Assembly (NCBI GenBank): GCA_039933295.1
Contig: JBDTOJ010000047.1
Coordinates: 1,337 to 65,336 of the forward strand
Direction of reading: 5' to 3'
Length of the DNA: 64,000 bases
Source of the DNA: Chloroflexota bacterium
GTDB taxonomy: Bacteria; Chloroflexota; Limnocylindria; Limnocylindrales; CSP1-4
A program made the translations under genes and the position numbers. Within the stretch, counting starts at the first letter, position 1, and the number at the start of each line of letters is the position of its first letter. Below are positions 52,404 through 61,889 of the stretch, piece by piece. The notes under the pieces were generated by a model. It had not been told where the DNA came from, searched no databases, and was given only the letters and a program-made list of their open reading frames with translations.

Positions 52404-52426
52404 GAGCCCGCATCGGCCGCGGGCTC
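52404..52426. terminator. 8-bp stem-loop GAGCCCGC-atcggcc-GCGGGCTC between convergent GH13 and glgP genes
   Basis: gagcccgcatcggccgcgggctc, centred in the 49-nt convergent gap. Confidence 0.5.
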
Positions 52427-52446
52427 AGAGATCGGCCATGAGGCCT

Positions 52447-54627
52447 TCAGCGGGCGCTGACTTCCTTTGTCTCGATGCCCGCCGCGGGCAGGTACAGCTG
52501 CTCGGCGTACTCGCGGAGCATCCGTGTTGTGGAGAATCGCCAGAGTGCCTTTTCCATCGAGCGACGCATCCAACCCAGCCAATCGGTGGGAAGGCCGTCG
52601 GCGTCGCGCTGGTAGTAGGCCGGGATGATCTCAGTCTCGAGAATCCGGTAGAGGTCCTCGGCATCGGACCAGTCCTGGGCGGCCTCGTCGGGATTGATCT
52701 CGCGTCCGCCGATGGCCCAGCCGTTGTCGCCATCGAAACCCTCGTCCCACCAGCCGTCGAGGACGCTGGCGTTGACCACGCCGTTGGCGGCCGCCTTCAT
52801 CCCGGACGTGCCCGACGCCTCCAGAGGCCGTCGCGGGTTGTTGAGCCATACATCCACGCCCTGGACCAGAAACCGCCCGATCCGCAGGTCATAGTCCTCG
52901 AGGATGAACACGCGTCCTCGGAGCGCGGCGCTCCGTGAGCGCGAGAAGATCTGCTGGATGACCGACTGCCCGGGTCGGTCGGCCGGGTGGGCCTTGCCGG
53001 CGAAGATGATCTGGAGCGGCCGGTCGGTGTCGTGGGCCAGCCGGGCCAGTCGATCGACGTCCGTGAAGATCATGCTGCTCCGCTTGTAGGTCGCAAACCG
53101 CCGGGCGAAGCCGATCGTGAGCGCATCCGGGTCCAGCACGTGCTCGAGCTCATCGAGGGTCCGAGGGGCCTCGCCGTGGCGGGCGAGTTGGACGCGCAGA
53201 CGGCCGCGAGCGAAGTGGGAGAGCTCGCGCTTCTGGCGAAGATGGGCGGCCCACAGGTCGGCATCCGGGATCTTGTCAATGTGCTCCCACCAGCGGTTCG
53301 CCGCTGTGCCCGGATCGATGTGATCGAGGTCCGCATGGAGCTGGCGTTCGAGCAGCTCCGCGACCGGTCGACCCACCCAGGTCGGGGTGTGGATGCCGTT
53401 GGTGATCCCGAGGATCCGGTGCGGAACGATGTCACTCCACGTGGCATTCGCGGTCTCGGCGTGGAGCAGGCTCACGGCATTGGCCCCGACCGTCAACCGG
53501 AGGCTGAACGCGGTCATGTCGAAATGCTCGGTGTCGCCATCGGCCCCGACGCCGATCTCCAGGATCCGGTCAACAGGAACGCCACCGGTGTCCGGCCGCC
53601 CATCCCCGTCCAGGAGGGGACCCGCGATCTGGCGAATGAGGCCGGCATCGAACCGCTCGTTGCCCGCCGAGACCGGCGTGTGGATGGTGAAGACGCTGTT
53701 CTTTCGATTCGCGGCCAGCGCGTCGTCGAGGGTCGCGCCCGCTGCCACGGCCTCGCGTGCGCGTTCCGCCAGCAGGAACGCCGAATGTCCCTCGTTCAGG
53801 TGCCAGACCGCTGGGTCGATGCCGAGAGCCCGGATCGCCCGGACCCCGCCGACCCCGAGCACGAGCTCCTGATGGAGGCGCATCTCGCGGCCACGAACGT
53901 ACAGGATGTGGGTGATCGGCCGATCCGCTCGATGGTTCTCGGGCGTATCCGTGTCGAGGAGGAGGACGGGCACGCGACCGACCTGCGCGGTCCACACGTC
54001 CACGCGGACGTCGCGCCCGGGGAGCTGGACGGTGACCGTCAGGGGTTCGCCGGTCCGATCGATGGCGCGCCTGAGTGGGAGGCGCGAGAGGTCGTAGTTT
54101 GGGTATGCGTGCTCCTGGTGGCCATCGGCATCGATCGTCTGGCGAAAGTAGCCCCGCCGGTAAAGCAGTCCGACACCGACGAACGGCAGGGACATGTCAC
54201 TCGCCGTCTTGAGGTGGTCGCCGGCCAGGACACCCAGTCCTCCGGAGTAGATGCCAAGCGATTCGTGGATCCCGTATTCGGCACAGAAATAGGCGATCGG
54301 TCCGGTCAGTTCGTCGCCGTGGCGCTGCTGGAACCAATGATCGTGGCCGTTGGCGACATACCGATCGAACGCCCGCATGACCTCGGTGTACGCCGCGACG
54401 AAATCGGAGTTGTCGATGAAATCAGCCCATCGAATGGGACCGGACAGGATGGCGACCGGGTTGTGGCTCCGCGTCCAGCCGATGGGGTCGAGGCGACTGA
54501 ACAGCGCCTTGGCGCTCGGGTGCCACGCCCAGTACAGGTTGTAGGCAAGCCGCTCGAGCCCTTCGAGTGCCGGCGGCACGCGGAGAACGGTCGGACGGGT
54601 CGAAGGAATATGCACGAGGGGGTCCAT
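52447..54627 (-). CDS. glgP: alpha-glucan phosphorylase (GT35, maltodextrin/glycogen phosphorylase, TIGR02094-type)
   Basis: LAYNLYWAWHP, YFCAEYG, GGLGVLAGDHLK, and the PLP-lysine block EASGTSGMKAAANG. ATG 54627 was chosen as start. Confidence 0.9.
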   Translation of the reverse strand: MDPLVHIPSTRPTVLRVPPALEGLERLAYNLYWAWHPSAKALFSRLDPIGWTRSHNPVAILSGPIRWADFIDNSDFVAAYTEVMRAFDRYVANGHDHWFQQRHGDELTGPIAYFCAEYGIHESLGIYSGGLGVLAGDHLKTASDMSLPFVGVGLLYRRGYFRQTIDADGHQEHAYPNYDLSRLPLRRAIDRTGEPLTVTVQLPGRDVRVDVWTAQVGRVPVLLLDTDTPENHRADRPITHILYVRGREMRLHQELVLGVGGVRAIRALGIDPAVWHLNEGHSAFLLAERAREAVAAGATLDDALAANRKNSVFTIHTPVSAGNERFDAGLIRQIAGPLLDGDGRPDTGGVPVDRILEIGVGADGDTEHFDMTAFSLRLTVGANAVSLLHAETANATWSDIVPHRILGITNGIHTPTWVGRPVAELLERQLHADLDHIDPGTAANRWWEHIDKIPDADLWAAHLRQKRELSHFARGRLRVQLARHGEAPRTLDELEHVLDPDALTIGFARRFATYKRSSMIFTDVDRLARLAHDTDRPLQIIFAGKAHPADRPGQSVIQQIFSRSRSAALRGRVFILEDYDLRIGRFLVQGVDVWLNNPRRPLEASGTSGMKAAANGVVNASVLDGWWDEGFDGDNGWAIGGREINPDEAAQDWSDAEDLYRILETEIIPAYYQRDADGLPTDWLGWMRRSMEKALWRFSTTRMLREYAEQLYLPAAGIETKEVSAR

Positions 54628-54797
54628 TCGCCGCGCATTGTACCGGTTCAGCAACCCACCGGGAGCGTGCGTCGCAACCCACCCTTGGGCGCGGAACTCG
54701 TCTCGGCACCGCCTGGGCCACGACCCGCCTCGCGATCGTGGCAACCCGGCCCCGCAGTCGCCGCGACCTGACCGCGCCGGGTCGTTACCATCGGTCC

Positions 54798-56378
54798 ATG
54801 CCGATCCGCGTGGCGTTCATTGCGGCCGAGTGCGAACCGTGGGCCAAGACCGGGGGTCTGGCCGACGTGGTCGACGCCCTGGCGCGGGCCCTCGGGACCC
54901 TGCCCGGTGGTGAGCTCGAAACGCCGATCGACGTCTTCCTCCCGCGCTATCACGGCATCGATGTGCCGGCCGATCGGATCGAGGCGCGGCAGACCGTTCG
55001 GGTTCAGTCCCCGGGTCGCAGGGCAGGCACCACGACGCCGGTGGAGGTCCTCGATGTCCGGGCTGATGGCTACCGATTACGGCTGATCGACCACCCGGCA
55101 TCGTTTGACCGAGTCGGGGGCTATTACGGCGACACGACCGGTGACTTCCCCGACAACGCCGCGCGATTCGCACTGTTCTGTCGCGCGGCGCTCGAGGTCA
55201 TGCGGTTTGAGGGTCGTCAACCCGACGTGCTCCATCTCCACGACTGGCACGCTGCCCCGACGGTTCGATATCTCGGTGGCGGGGAGGGATCGGGCGGGTC
55301 ACGGAGCCCTGCGACCCTCCTGACCGTGCACAACCTTGCGTATCACGGCTGGACAATGCCGGCGAACGTCAAGGAGCTTGGCCGCGAGTGGGTCGCGGCG
55401 ACGCCTCGGGGTAAGGGGGTCGACCTCCTGCGCGCCGGAATCCTCGGCGTTGACCTGGTCAATACGGTCAGCCCGGGCTTCGCTTCTGAAGCGCTCACGC
55501 CTGCGTTCGGCATGGGGCTGGATGACGCCCTGCGCACCCAGGGCGATCGGTTCTTCGGGATCCTGAACGGGCTTGACATCGACCTCTGGGATCCGGCAAA
55601 GGATCCGGCCATCGCCGCGCCTTTCTCGAGGGCGAAGCGGACCGGCAAGGCGGCGTGCCGCGAGGATCTGCTTCGCCGGATCGGCATGGATCCGTCCGAC
55701 CCGCGGCCGGTCCTCGGGATGATCGGACGGCTCGATCCGCAGAAGGGCTTCGACCTCGTTGCCGAGGCGGCGCCGACGCTCCTCGGCGATGGTTTCCGGC
55801 TCGTGATCCAGGGTTCCGGCCCGCCAGCGCTCGTTGGGACGCTCCGCAAGCTGGCAGCCGCGCGACCGGATCGGATTGCGCTAATTGAGCGTTTCGATCG
55901 GGAAATGGCTCGCCGGATCTACGCTGGCGCCGATGGCTTCCTGATGCCATCGCGCTTCGAACCGTGCGGGACCGGTCAGATGGTGGCGCTCCGGTATGGG
56001 ACACCGCCCATCGTCCACGCCACGGGCGGGCTGGCCGATACGGTCATCGATGAGCACGATCAGCCCGGTGCCGGGACAGGATTCGTCTTCCGGAACCTCA
56101 CGGCCGAGGGCCTCGTCTGGGCCTGCCGTGAGTTCGCCGAGCGGTTCAGCGCCGGAGGAGCGGCGTGGGATGCGCTGCTCGATCGCGGCATGGACGTGGA
56201 CTTCGACTGGCGGACCGGCTCGGCCCCGGCGTATCTCGCCGCGTATCAGCGGGCGATCACGATGCATCAGGCCGCGGCTGGCGGCCGGGCGTCGAGCAGC
56301 GCGCGGGCGCGCCATGCGCCGACGCGTCCGCGGTCGCCCCGCGCGACCAAGGCGCGGCCCCCCGTGCGAGGAGGCTAG
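54798..56378 (+). CDS. glgA: glycogen synthase (GT5) with a basic C-terminal extension
   Basis: VAFIAAECEPWAKTGGLADVV contains the KTGGL motif. LHLHDWH and MPSRFEPCG also match. ATG 54798 was chosen as start. The last ~35 aa are Arg/Ala/Pro-rich. Confidence 0.9.
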   Translation: MPIRVAFIAAECEPWAKTGGLADVVDALARALGTLPGGELETPIDVFLPRYHGIDVPADRIEARQTVRVQSPGRRAGTTTPVEVLDVRADGYRLRLIDHPASFDRVGGYYGDTTGDFPDNAARFALFCRAALEVMRFEGRQPDVLHLHDWHAAPTVRYLGGGEGSGGSRSPATLLTVHNLAYHGWTMPANVKELGREWVAATPRGKGVDLLRAGILGVDLVNTVSPGFASEALTPAFGMGLDDALRTQGDRFFGILNGLDIDLWDPAKDPAIAAPFSRAKRTGKAACREDLLRRIGMDPSDPRPVLGMIGRLDPQKGFDLVAEAAPTLLGDGFRLVIQGSGPPALVGTLRKLAAARPDRIALIERFDREMARRIYAGADGFLMPSRFEPCGTGQMVALRYGTPPIVHATGGLADTVIDEHDQPGAGTGFVFRNLTAEGLVWACREFAERFSAGGAAWDALLDRGMDVDFDWRTGSAPAYLAAYQRAITMHQAAAGGRASSSARARHAPTRPRSPRATKARPPVRGG

Positions 56379-57283
56379 GAACCGAGGGCGCGAAGGATCG
56401 CGAGGACGGTGGCCTCGGGGTAGAGGCGCTGCGGCGAGTGCGGCGCGTCCGCGATCGTGATGACGTGATCTGCTCCGATCCGGGCGACATAGACCGGCAC
56501 GACCGCGTCCGGGATCAGGCCGCCGGCCTTGAATTCGCCCCGGATCAGCCAGATCGAGAGGCCTCGAGCCGCCGGGTCCGCGAGCGCACCGAGTCCGCCG
56601 TCCCAGTCGCCGTTCTGCAGGAGGATCGCTTCCACCGCGCCCAGGTCGAACTGGGTGAGGCTAAGCGCCTTGGCATGGATGTCACCGTCCGGCCACGCCG
56701 GGTTCGCCGCGCGAATGGCGGCCAGCGCCTCGGCGACATCGTCGTACTTGCGCTCGAGCGGGTCGTGGGTCATCAGCTCCATGGCGGCGACCGGCAGGGC
56801 GGGCGGGTCCAGCAGGATCAACCGGTGGGGTCGCATGCCCGCCACGGGCAGGGCGGCCACGACCATCCCGCCCCACGAGTGACCGAGGACCGCGAGGTCG
56901 GGACGATCGAGGTCCGCTGCCTGGATCCAGGCAGCCAAATCGGTCGCGGTTTCGGCGAAGCGGTGACGTCCTTGCCAGTGGCCCGTGAGCCCGTGGCCCG
57001 GTAGATCAACGGCAACAACGTGCCGCCCCGACGCGGCGACGGCCGGACCGACGCGCCAGAACGTCTCCGCGTTCGAGGTCACGCCGTGGACCAGGACCAC
57101 TGGCGGATCGGCTGGGTCGCCCCACTCGGCATGGACCCACGGGATGCCGCCGCTCTCGACGACCTGTCGCCGCGCGTCTGCCATGTCGGGCAAAGCGGCC
57201 GCGAGCGCGCCGGTGATCTCGGTCGGCAGATCGTCGCGCGATGCCCGGATTGGCAGTGGAAGCGTCTGATCGAGCGTCGTCAT
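56375..57283 (-). CDS. alpha/beta-fold hydrolase
   Basis: VVLVHGVTSN, DLPGHGLT, and the nucleophile elbow LGHSWGG. ATG 57283 was chosen as start. Confidence 0.8.
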   Translation of the reverse strand: MTTLDQTLPLPIRASRDDLPTEITGALAAALPDMADARRQVVESGGIPWVHAEWGDPADPPVVLVHGVTSNAETFWRVGPAVAASGRHVVAVDLPGHGLTGHWQGRHRFAETATDLAAWIQAADLDRPDLAVLGHSWGGMVVAALPVAGMRPHRLILLDPPALPVAAMELMTHDPLERKYDDVAEALAAIRAANPAWPDGDIHAKALSLTQFDLGAVEAILLQNGDWDGGLGALADPAARGLSIWLIRGEFKAGGLIPDAVVPVYVARIGADHVITIADAPHSPQRLYPEATVLAILRALGS

Positions 57284-57382
57284 CCTCGGATCGTAGCGCG
57301 TTGCTGTGCCCGTGCCGGTCGGCGGGAGGCGGTACGATGACCATCGGTCGCCGGTATCGGCGGTCACGACGCGGAGGACGGC

Positions 57383-57772
57383 ATGGCCAATCAGTTCGTG
57401 GTCCAGTTGAAGAACGACCCCGGCGCCATGGCGACCCTCGCCGAGCTCCTCGCCGCGCGCGGCGTAGACCTGCGAGCCATCGGCGGCGGCGGCATCGGGG
57501 GCGCGGGCCACGTGATCATGACGACGGCCGACGACGATGCCACCCGCGACATTCTCGATGCGGGCGAGTACGTCTACGTCGAAGGCGAGTCGATCATCAC
57601 CGAGGTCGACGACAAGCCCGGCGGCATGGCCCGCCTGTCACGCGCGCTCGCGGATGCCGGCGTGAATATCTACGGGCACCTGTTCCTCGGGCGCTGGGGC
57701 GATCGCGCGATGTTCGCGTTCGTCGTCGACCAGCCGGACATCGCCCGCCCGATCCTCGAACACAAGGGCTGA
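57383..57772 (+). CDS. tandem ACT-domain protein
   Basis: Two ACT openings: VVQLKNDPGAMATLAELLAARGVDL and TEVDDKPGGMARLSRALADAGVNI. Confidence 0.7.
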   Translation: MANQFVVQLKNDPGAMATLAELLAARGVDLRAIGGGGIGGAGHVIMTTADDDATRDILDAGEYVYVEGESIITEVDDKPGGMARLSRALADAGVNIYGHLFLGRWGDRAMFAFVVDQPDIARPILEHKG

Positions 57773-57791
57773 TTGCGGCATCGGGTGGCGA

Positions 57792-59168
57792 TCAGCGCTT
57801 GATCGCGCTGATCTTGTAGATCTGGCCCCCGAGGTCAGCGGCATAGAGTTCGCCAGCCTCGTCCTCGCCGAAACCCGCGATCCCGCTCGACGCGGCAGCG
57901 ACCTGGACGAGGGCCTGCTGACCCGACTTGGCCGAATCAACGGCCCAGACGAGGCCCGTGCATTCATCCGTGAAGATGTAGCCGCCTTTGAGCAGCGGCT
58001 GGCCGGATCCTCGGTACACGTTGCCGCCGATCACGGCACACCCGGATCCGTGCCCGTATTCGACCACGGGAAGGGTCAGCCCCTTGGTCGTGCAGCCGGT
58101 CGCCGGGGAGTAACAGTGATGACCCTCCATGATCCGCCACCCGAAATTCAGGCCGCCGACACCCGCCCGGGCGACATCGACCTCCTCCCACTTGTTCTGC
58201 CCGAGGTCGCCGATCCAGAGATCGCCCTTGGTTCGATCGAACGAGAACCGGAACGGATTCCGGAGCCCATAGGCCCAGATCTCGCCCCGTTTGCCCGATG
58301 CCCCGGCGAACGGGTTCGAGCCCGGGATGGCGTAGTTCAGGCCGCCCCCCGCGTGATCGATGTCGATGCGCAGGATCTTGCCCAGCAGTGAGTTCAGGTC
58401 CTGGGCGCGATTCCCGGGGTCGCCGGCGGACCCGCCATCGCCGAGGCCGATGTACAGGTAGCCGTCCCTGCCGAAGGCGATCGCGCCGCCGTTGTGGTTG
58501 GAGTACGGCTGGGCGACGGAGAGGATCACGACCTCGCTCGTGGGGTCGACGAGATCGGGCGTGCCCGGGTCCACAACGAACGACGCGACGACCGTGTCGC
58601 CGCCGCCGTCGGTGTAGTCCACAAAGACGCGATTGTCCGCCGGAAAGTTGGGATGGAACGCGAGGCCAAGCAGGCCCTGCTCGCCCCCGCCCGAGACCTG
58701 GCCCGAGATGTCGAGGAACTTCGTCCCGTTGACGGCGCCGTTCTTGACCGAATAGACCACGCCACCCTGCTCGGCCACGAACAGTCGGCCGCTGCCATCG
58801 CCGGCATTCGTAATCGTCAGCGGGCGGCCCGGGACCGTGGCCCAGGTCGTGAACTTGACGGTCACGTGGTTCGGATCCCAGCCGGTGACGGACTTAGGCG
58901 TCGGCTTCGGGGTCGGTTTGGGCGTGGATTTCGGCGTCGGCTTGGCGGTCGGGGGAGCGGTCGTCGCCGGGGAGGCCGTCGGCGAGGGTTCGGCCGTGGT
59001 CGCCGTCAGGTGCGAGCCGGTCGGAGCCTGGGTAGGCGCCGCGCTCGAGGGGACGGGCGAGTCAGCGGCGGGACCCGACGGGATCGCCGTCGGAGCAGTC
59101 GACGTACACGCAGCAAGGCTGAGAGCGAGGACGGCGGCCGCCATCCGCTGCTGAACCGGGATCTTCAT
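57792..59168 (-). CDS. PQQ-dependent sugar dehydrogenase (sorbosone/glucose dehydrogenase-B-like) lipoprotein with Pro/Thr-rich linker
   Basis: Lipobox LALSLAAC. The linker is PTAKPTPKSTPKPTPKPTPKS. Beta-propeller blocks are GLLGLAFHPNF, HNGGAIAFGRDGYLYI and RNPFRFSFD. Confidence 0.8.
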   Translation of the reverse strand: MKIPVQQRMAAAVLALSLAACTSTAPTAIPSGPAADSPVPSSAAPTQAPTGSHLTATTAEPSPTASPATTAPPTAKPTPKSTPKPTPKPTPKSVTGWDPNHVTVKFTTWATVPGRPLTITNAGDGSGRLFVAEQGGVVYSVKNGAVNGTKFLDISGQVSGGGEQGLLGLAFHPNFPADNRVFVDYTDGGGDTVVASFVVDPGTPDLVDPTSEVVILSVAQPYSNHNGGAIAFGRDGYLYIGLGDGGSAGDPGNRAQDLNSLLGKILRIDIDHAGGGLNYAIPGSNPFAGASGKRGEIWAYGLRNPFRFSFDRTKGDLWIGDLGQNKWEEVDVARAGVGGLNFGWRIMEGHHCYSPATGCTTKGLTLPVVEYGHGSGCAVIGGNVYRGSGQPLLKGGYIFTDECTGLVWAVDSAKSGQQALVQVAAASSGIAGFGEDEAGELYAADLGGQIYKISAIKR

Positions 59169-59221
59169 CGCGTGAATCTAGGGGCAAATGGCGAGTCGGC
59201 CAATGGGACGATCGGTTCGGC

Positions 59222-59722
59222 TCAGTTCGGACCGTGCTGCAGCGCGACAACCTCCGGGCTAACGCCCACATGACCAACGCCGATCGCACGGACCGATCTG
59301 TCTGCCAGCTCGAACCGCGCAACCCAGATTGCGCCGCCACTGCGCGTCATGAGGATGGTCCGACCGAGAGCGTCCGCGACATGGCCTTCATCGTGGATCG
59401 TGACCCGGACGATCGCCGCATGGCCCCGATCGTAGTTGTCGAGGGCCTTGGTGGCGACATCGATGAGGAGATCGCAAGGAACATCGACGCTGCACGACGA
59501 CACCGACCCGATCGCCCAACCGTCCACCACTGGATCCGAGGCTGGCCCGCGGATCAAAATGTACGTCGCGACGACCGCGACACATGCCGCAAGCACCAGG
59601 GTCAGGGCGGCAATCGTGGCCTGTGGTCTCACCGACTGATTCGACGCCTCGGGTTCGTCAGGGTCAATGTCTGCCCTGATGATCTGAGCCAGTTGCGTGG
59701 AATGACGCGAAGGATGTGGCAT
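59222..59722 (-). CDS. membrane-anchored hypothetical protein
   Basis: One TM span (IAALTLVLAACVAVVATYILI) followed by a ~100-aa extracytoplasmic domain with no motif I recognise. ATG 59722 was chosen, which leaves a 71-nt divergent gap to the response regulator. Confidence 0.45.
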   Translation of the reverse strand: MPHPSRHSTQLAQIIRADIDPDEPEASNQSVRPQATIAALTLVLAACVAVVATYILIRGPASDPVVDGWAIGSVSSCSVDVPCDLLIDVATKALDNYDRGHAAIVRVTIHDEGHVADALGRTILMTRSGGAIWVARFELADRSVRAIGVGHVGVSPEVVALQHGPN

Positions 59723-59793
59723 CGAGCGCTCGGCACGGCTGCGCACGCGGGGGGCTCGAGCGCGCCCGCGGCTCGGTCGCGCATCATTGGAGT

Positions 59794-60450
59794 GTGGACA
59801 CACCGCTCCGCGTCGTTATCGCAGAAGACTCCGTGCTCATCCGCGAGGGGCTCGCACGCCTCATCACGGATTCGGGCAGTACGGTCGTCGCCAAGGTCGG
59901 CGATGGGCCGAGCTTCATCGAAGCCGTCGTCGAGCACCGGCCCGACGTCTCGGTTGTGGATGTCCGGATGCCGCCGACGCAGCGGGACGAAGGGTTGCGG
60001 GCGGCCATCGAGGCGCGCCGGCGCGTGCCGGGGAGTCCGGTCCTCGTCCTGAGCCAGTACGTGGAGGGGCAGTACGCGACGGAATTGCTGGCGGACCGCG
60101 CCGGCGGGGTCGGCTACCTGCTGAAGGACCGCGTGGCGGATATCCGCGAGTTCATGGAGGCGCTGCGGCGGGTCGCGCGGGGCGGAACCGCCCTCGATCC
60201 CGAGGTCGTCGCCCAGCTGATGGTCCCGCGCCACGACGACGACCGGCTCGGGACGCTGACGCCACGCGAGCGGGAGGTTCTCGCGGCGATGGCCGAGGGA
60301 CGCACGAATCTTGGGATCGCGACGCTCCTTGGGGTGACCGAGGGAGCTACCGAGAAGCACATCAGCAACATCTTCGGCAAGCTCGAGCTGCCCGCCTCAG
60401 AGAACGATCACCGCCGCGTGCTGGCGGTCCTGACCTACCTCGGGGCCTGA
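59794..60450 (+). CDS. LuxR/NarL-family response regulator
   Basis: Receiver domain LRVVIAEDSVLIREGL...DVSVVDVRMPP. LuxR HTH LTPREREVLAAMAEGRTNLGIATLLGVTEGATEKHISNIFGKL. GTG 59794 was chosen as start. Confidence 0.9.
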   Translation: MDTPLRVVIAEDSVLIREGLARLITDSGSTVVAKVGDGPSFIEAVVEHRPDVSVVDVRMPPTQRDEGLRAAIEARRRVPGSPVLVLSQYVEGQYATELLADRAGGVGYLLKDRVADIREFMEALRRVARGGTALDPEVVAQLMVPRHDDDRLGTLTPREREVLAAMAEGRTNLGIATLLGVTEGATEKHISNIFGKLELPASENDHRRVLAVLTYLGA

Positions 60451-61889
60451 GGCGCGGCGTCGGCCCGCAGGGCGGCGTCCTGCGACGCGACGGCGTCCGG
60501 CGAAGATGCGGCGTCAAGCCGCGGAGGCGTCGCCCCGATCGGGAATTCGGCCCGGACCACGGTCGGGCCGCCAACCGGGCTCTCCACGGTGAGCCGACCG
60601 TCGAGTGCCTCTACGCGGCCGGCGAGTCCGGCCAGGCCGCCGGCCGGAACGAGTTGGGCACCGCCGGCGCCGTCGTCTCGAACCTCAACGACGAGCGAGC
60701 GACCCACCAGCCGCAGCGCGACCTCACAGCGGGCCGCACCGGAGTGCTTGGCCACGTTGGTGAGTGACTCGGCGATCACGTAGTAGGCGGCTCGCTCGAT
60801 GGCATCGGGCAGCCGCTCGCCGTCCGGGAGGGTGCTCGCGATGGTGGTCGGAACCGACGACCGGCCGGCCAAGGCGGCCACGGCTGGCACCAGGCCGCGA
60901 TCGACGAGGATGCCGGGCGCGATGCCACGGACCAGATCACGCAGCTCCGCGAGGGCCTGGCGCGCCTGACTCTGGGCCTCGACCACGAGCCGACGGGCCT
61001 GCTCGGGGTCGGCATCCATCTTGTCGGCGGCCAGGCTGAGGTCCATCGCCAGCATGACGAGTCGCTGCTGGGCGCCGTCGTGGAGGTCCCGTTCGATCCG
61101 CCGCAGTTCGTTCGCCTCGACGTCGATGACGGTCTTGCGGCTGACCTCGAGCGTCTCGACGCGACGCTCGAGTGCCCGCTGCTCCGACTCGCAGAGCAGG
61201 CCCGACACGACGGCTCGGTGGAGGAAGAACAGGCCGCGCGCTACCGACGCGGCGACGGGCAGAAGCACGACGCCGAGCACGAAGGCACCCGCCACGGTCG
61301 TCGACGGCCATGTCGCCCCAGCGCCGATGGGGCCGAGCGGGCCCACCGACCCGATGGCGCCGATGGACCCGACCCAGATCGGCAGGGAGATCAGGAGGAT
61401 GGCCGCCAGCCAGAGGACCGCCACGAAGGTGGCCTCGAGCACGACGAGGGGAAACGCCACGAACAGGTAGAGGACGTCGCGCCAGCGATTGATGTCGAGG
61501 AAGATGGCCATCGCCAGTTCGCGGATGCCGGTCCCTCGCGGTCGATAGGGATGCGCAAGGAGCGGTCGGTCGCCTGGGCCTGAGAGACGGCGCCGCTCGT
61601 TGCGGGCAAGGCGCCGTGCAACCTCAACGCCCGCACCGATGGGCACGATCCCGATACCGACGACGAGGAGCGAGGTCCCCACCGAGAACAGAGTTCCGAC
61701 GATGGTGACGGCCACGATCTCGACGAAGAATCCGGCCAGAATGGCGCCGGTCGCGCTCATGGCGCGGGGGTCGAACGGGGACAGCAGGAACGACGTAACC
61801 GCCCCGCGTTCCCGGCCTGCAATCCGGTTCCCGAGCAACGAACTCAGGACGAGGAGCAGGCCGAGGACGACGAGCGGCGCTGCGATCAT
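60435..61889 (-). CDS. sensor histidine kinase (HisKA_3 + HATPase_c) with multi-TM N-terminal sensor region
   Basis: H-box ERDLHDGAQQRL and N-box YVIAESLTNVAKH, with a DDGAGG G-box. Its start overlaps the PspC gene stop by 4 nt. Confidence 0.9.
   Translation of the reverse strand: MIAAPLVVLGLLLVLSSLLGNRIAGRERGAVTSFLLSPFDPRAMSATGAILAGFFVEIVAVTIVGTLFSVGTSLLVVGIGIVPIGAGVEVARRLARNERRRLSGPGDRPLLAHPYRPRGTGIRELAMAIFLDINRWRDVLYLFVAFPLVVLEATFVAVLWLAAILLISLPIWVGSIGAIGSVGPLGPIGAGATWPSTTVAGAFVLGVVLLPVAASVARGLFFLHRAVVSGLLCESEQRALERRVETLEVSRKTVIDVEANELRRIERDLHDGAQQRLVMLAMDLSLAADKMDADPEQARRLVVEAQSQARQALAELRDLVRGIAPGILVDRGLVPAVAALAGRSSVPTTIASTLPDGERLPDAIERAAYYVIAESLTNVAKHSGAARCEVALRLVGRSLVVEVRDDGAGGAQLVPAGGLAGLAGRVEALDGRLTVESPVGGPTVVRAEFPIGATPPRLDAASSPDAVASQDAALRADAAPQAPR

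Noticed and set aside
52987-54771. 594-aa plus-strand ORF
   Set aside because: It is antisense to glgP (PLP-lysine block EASGTSGMKAAANG on the minus strand). It has no motifs and is a shadow ORF.
58880-58990. 12-nt periodic repeat (ggcgtcggcttc-like units)
   Set aside because: It lies inside the PQQ-dehydrogenase CDS and encodes the PTPKPTPK lipoprotein linker. It is coding low-complexity sequence, not an independent element.
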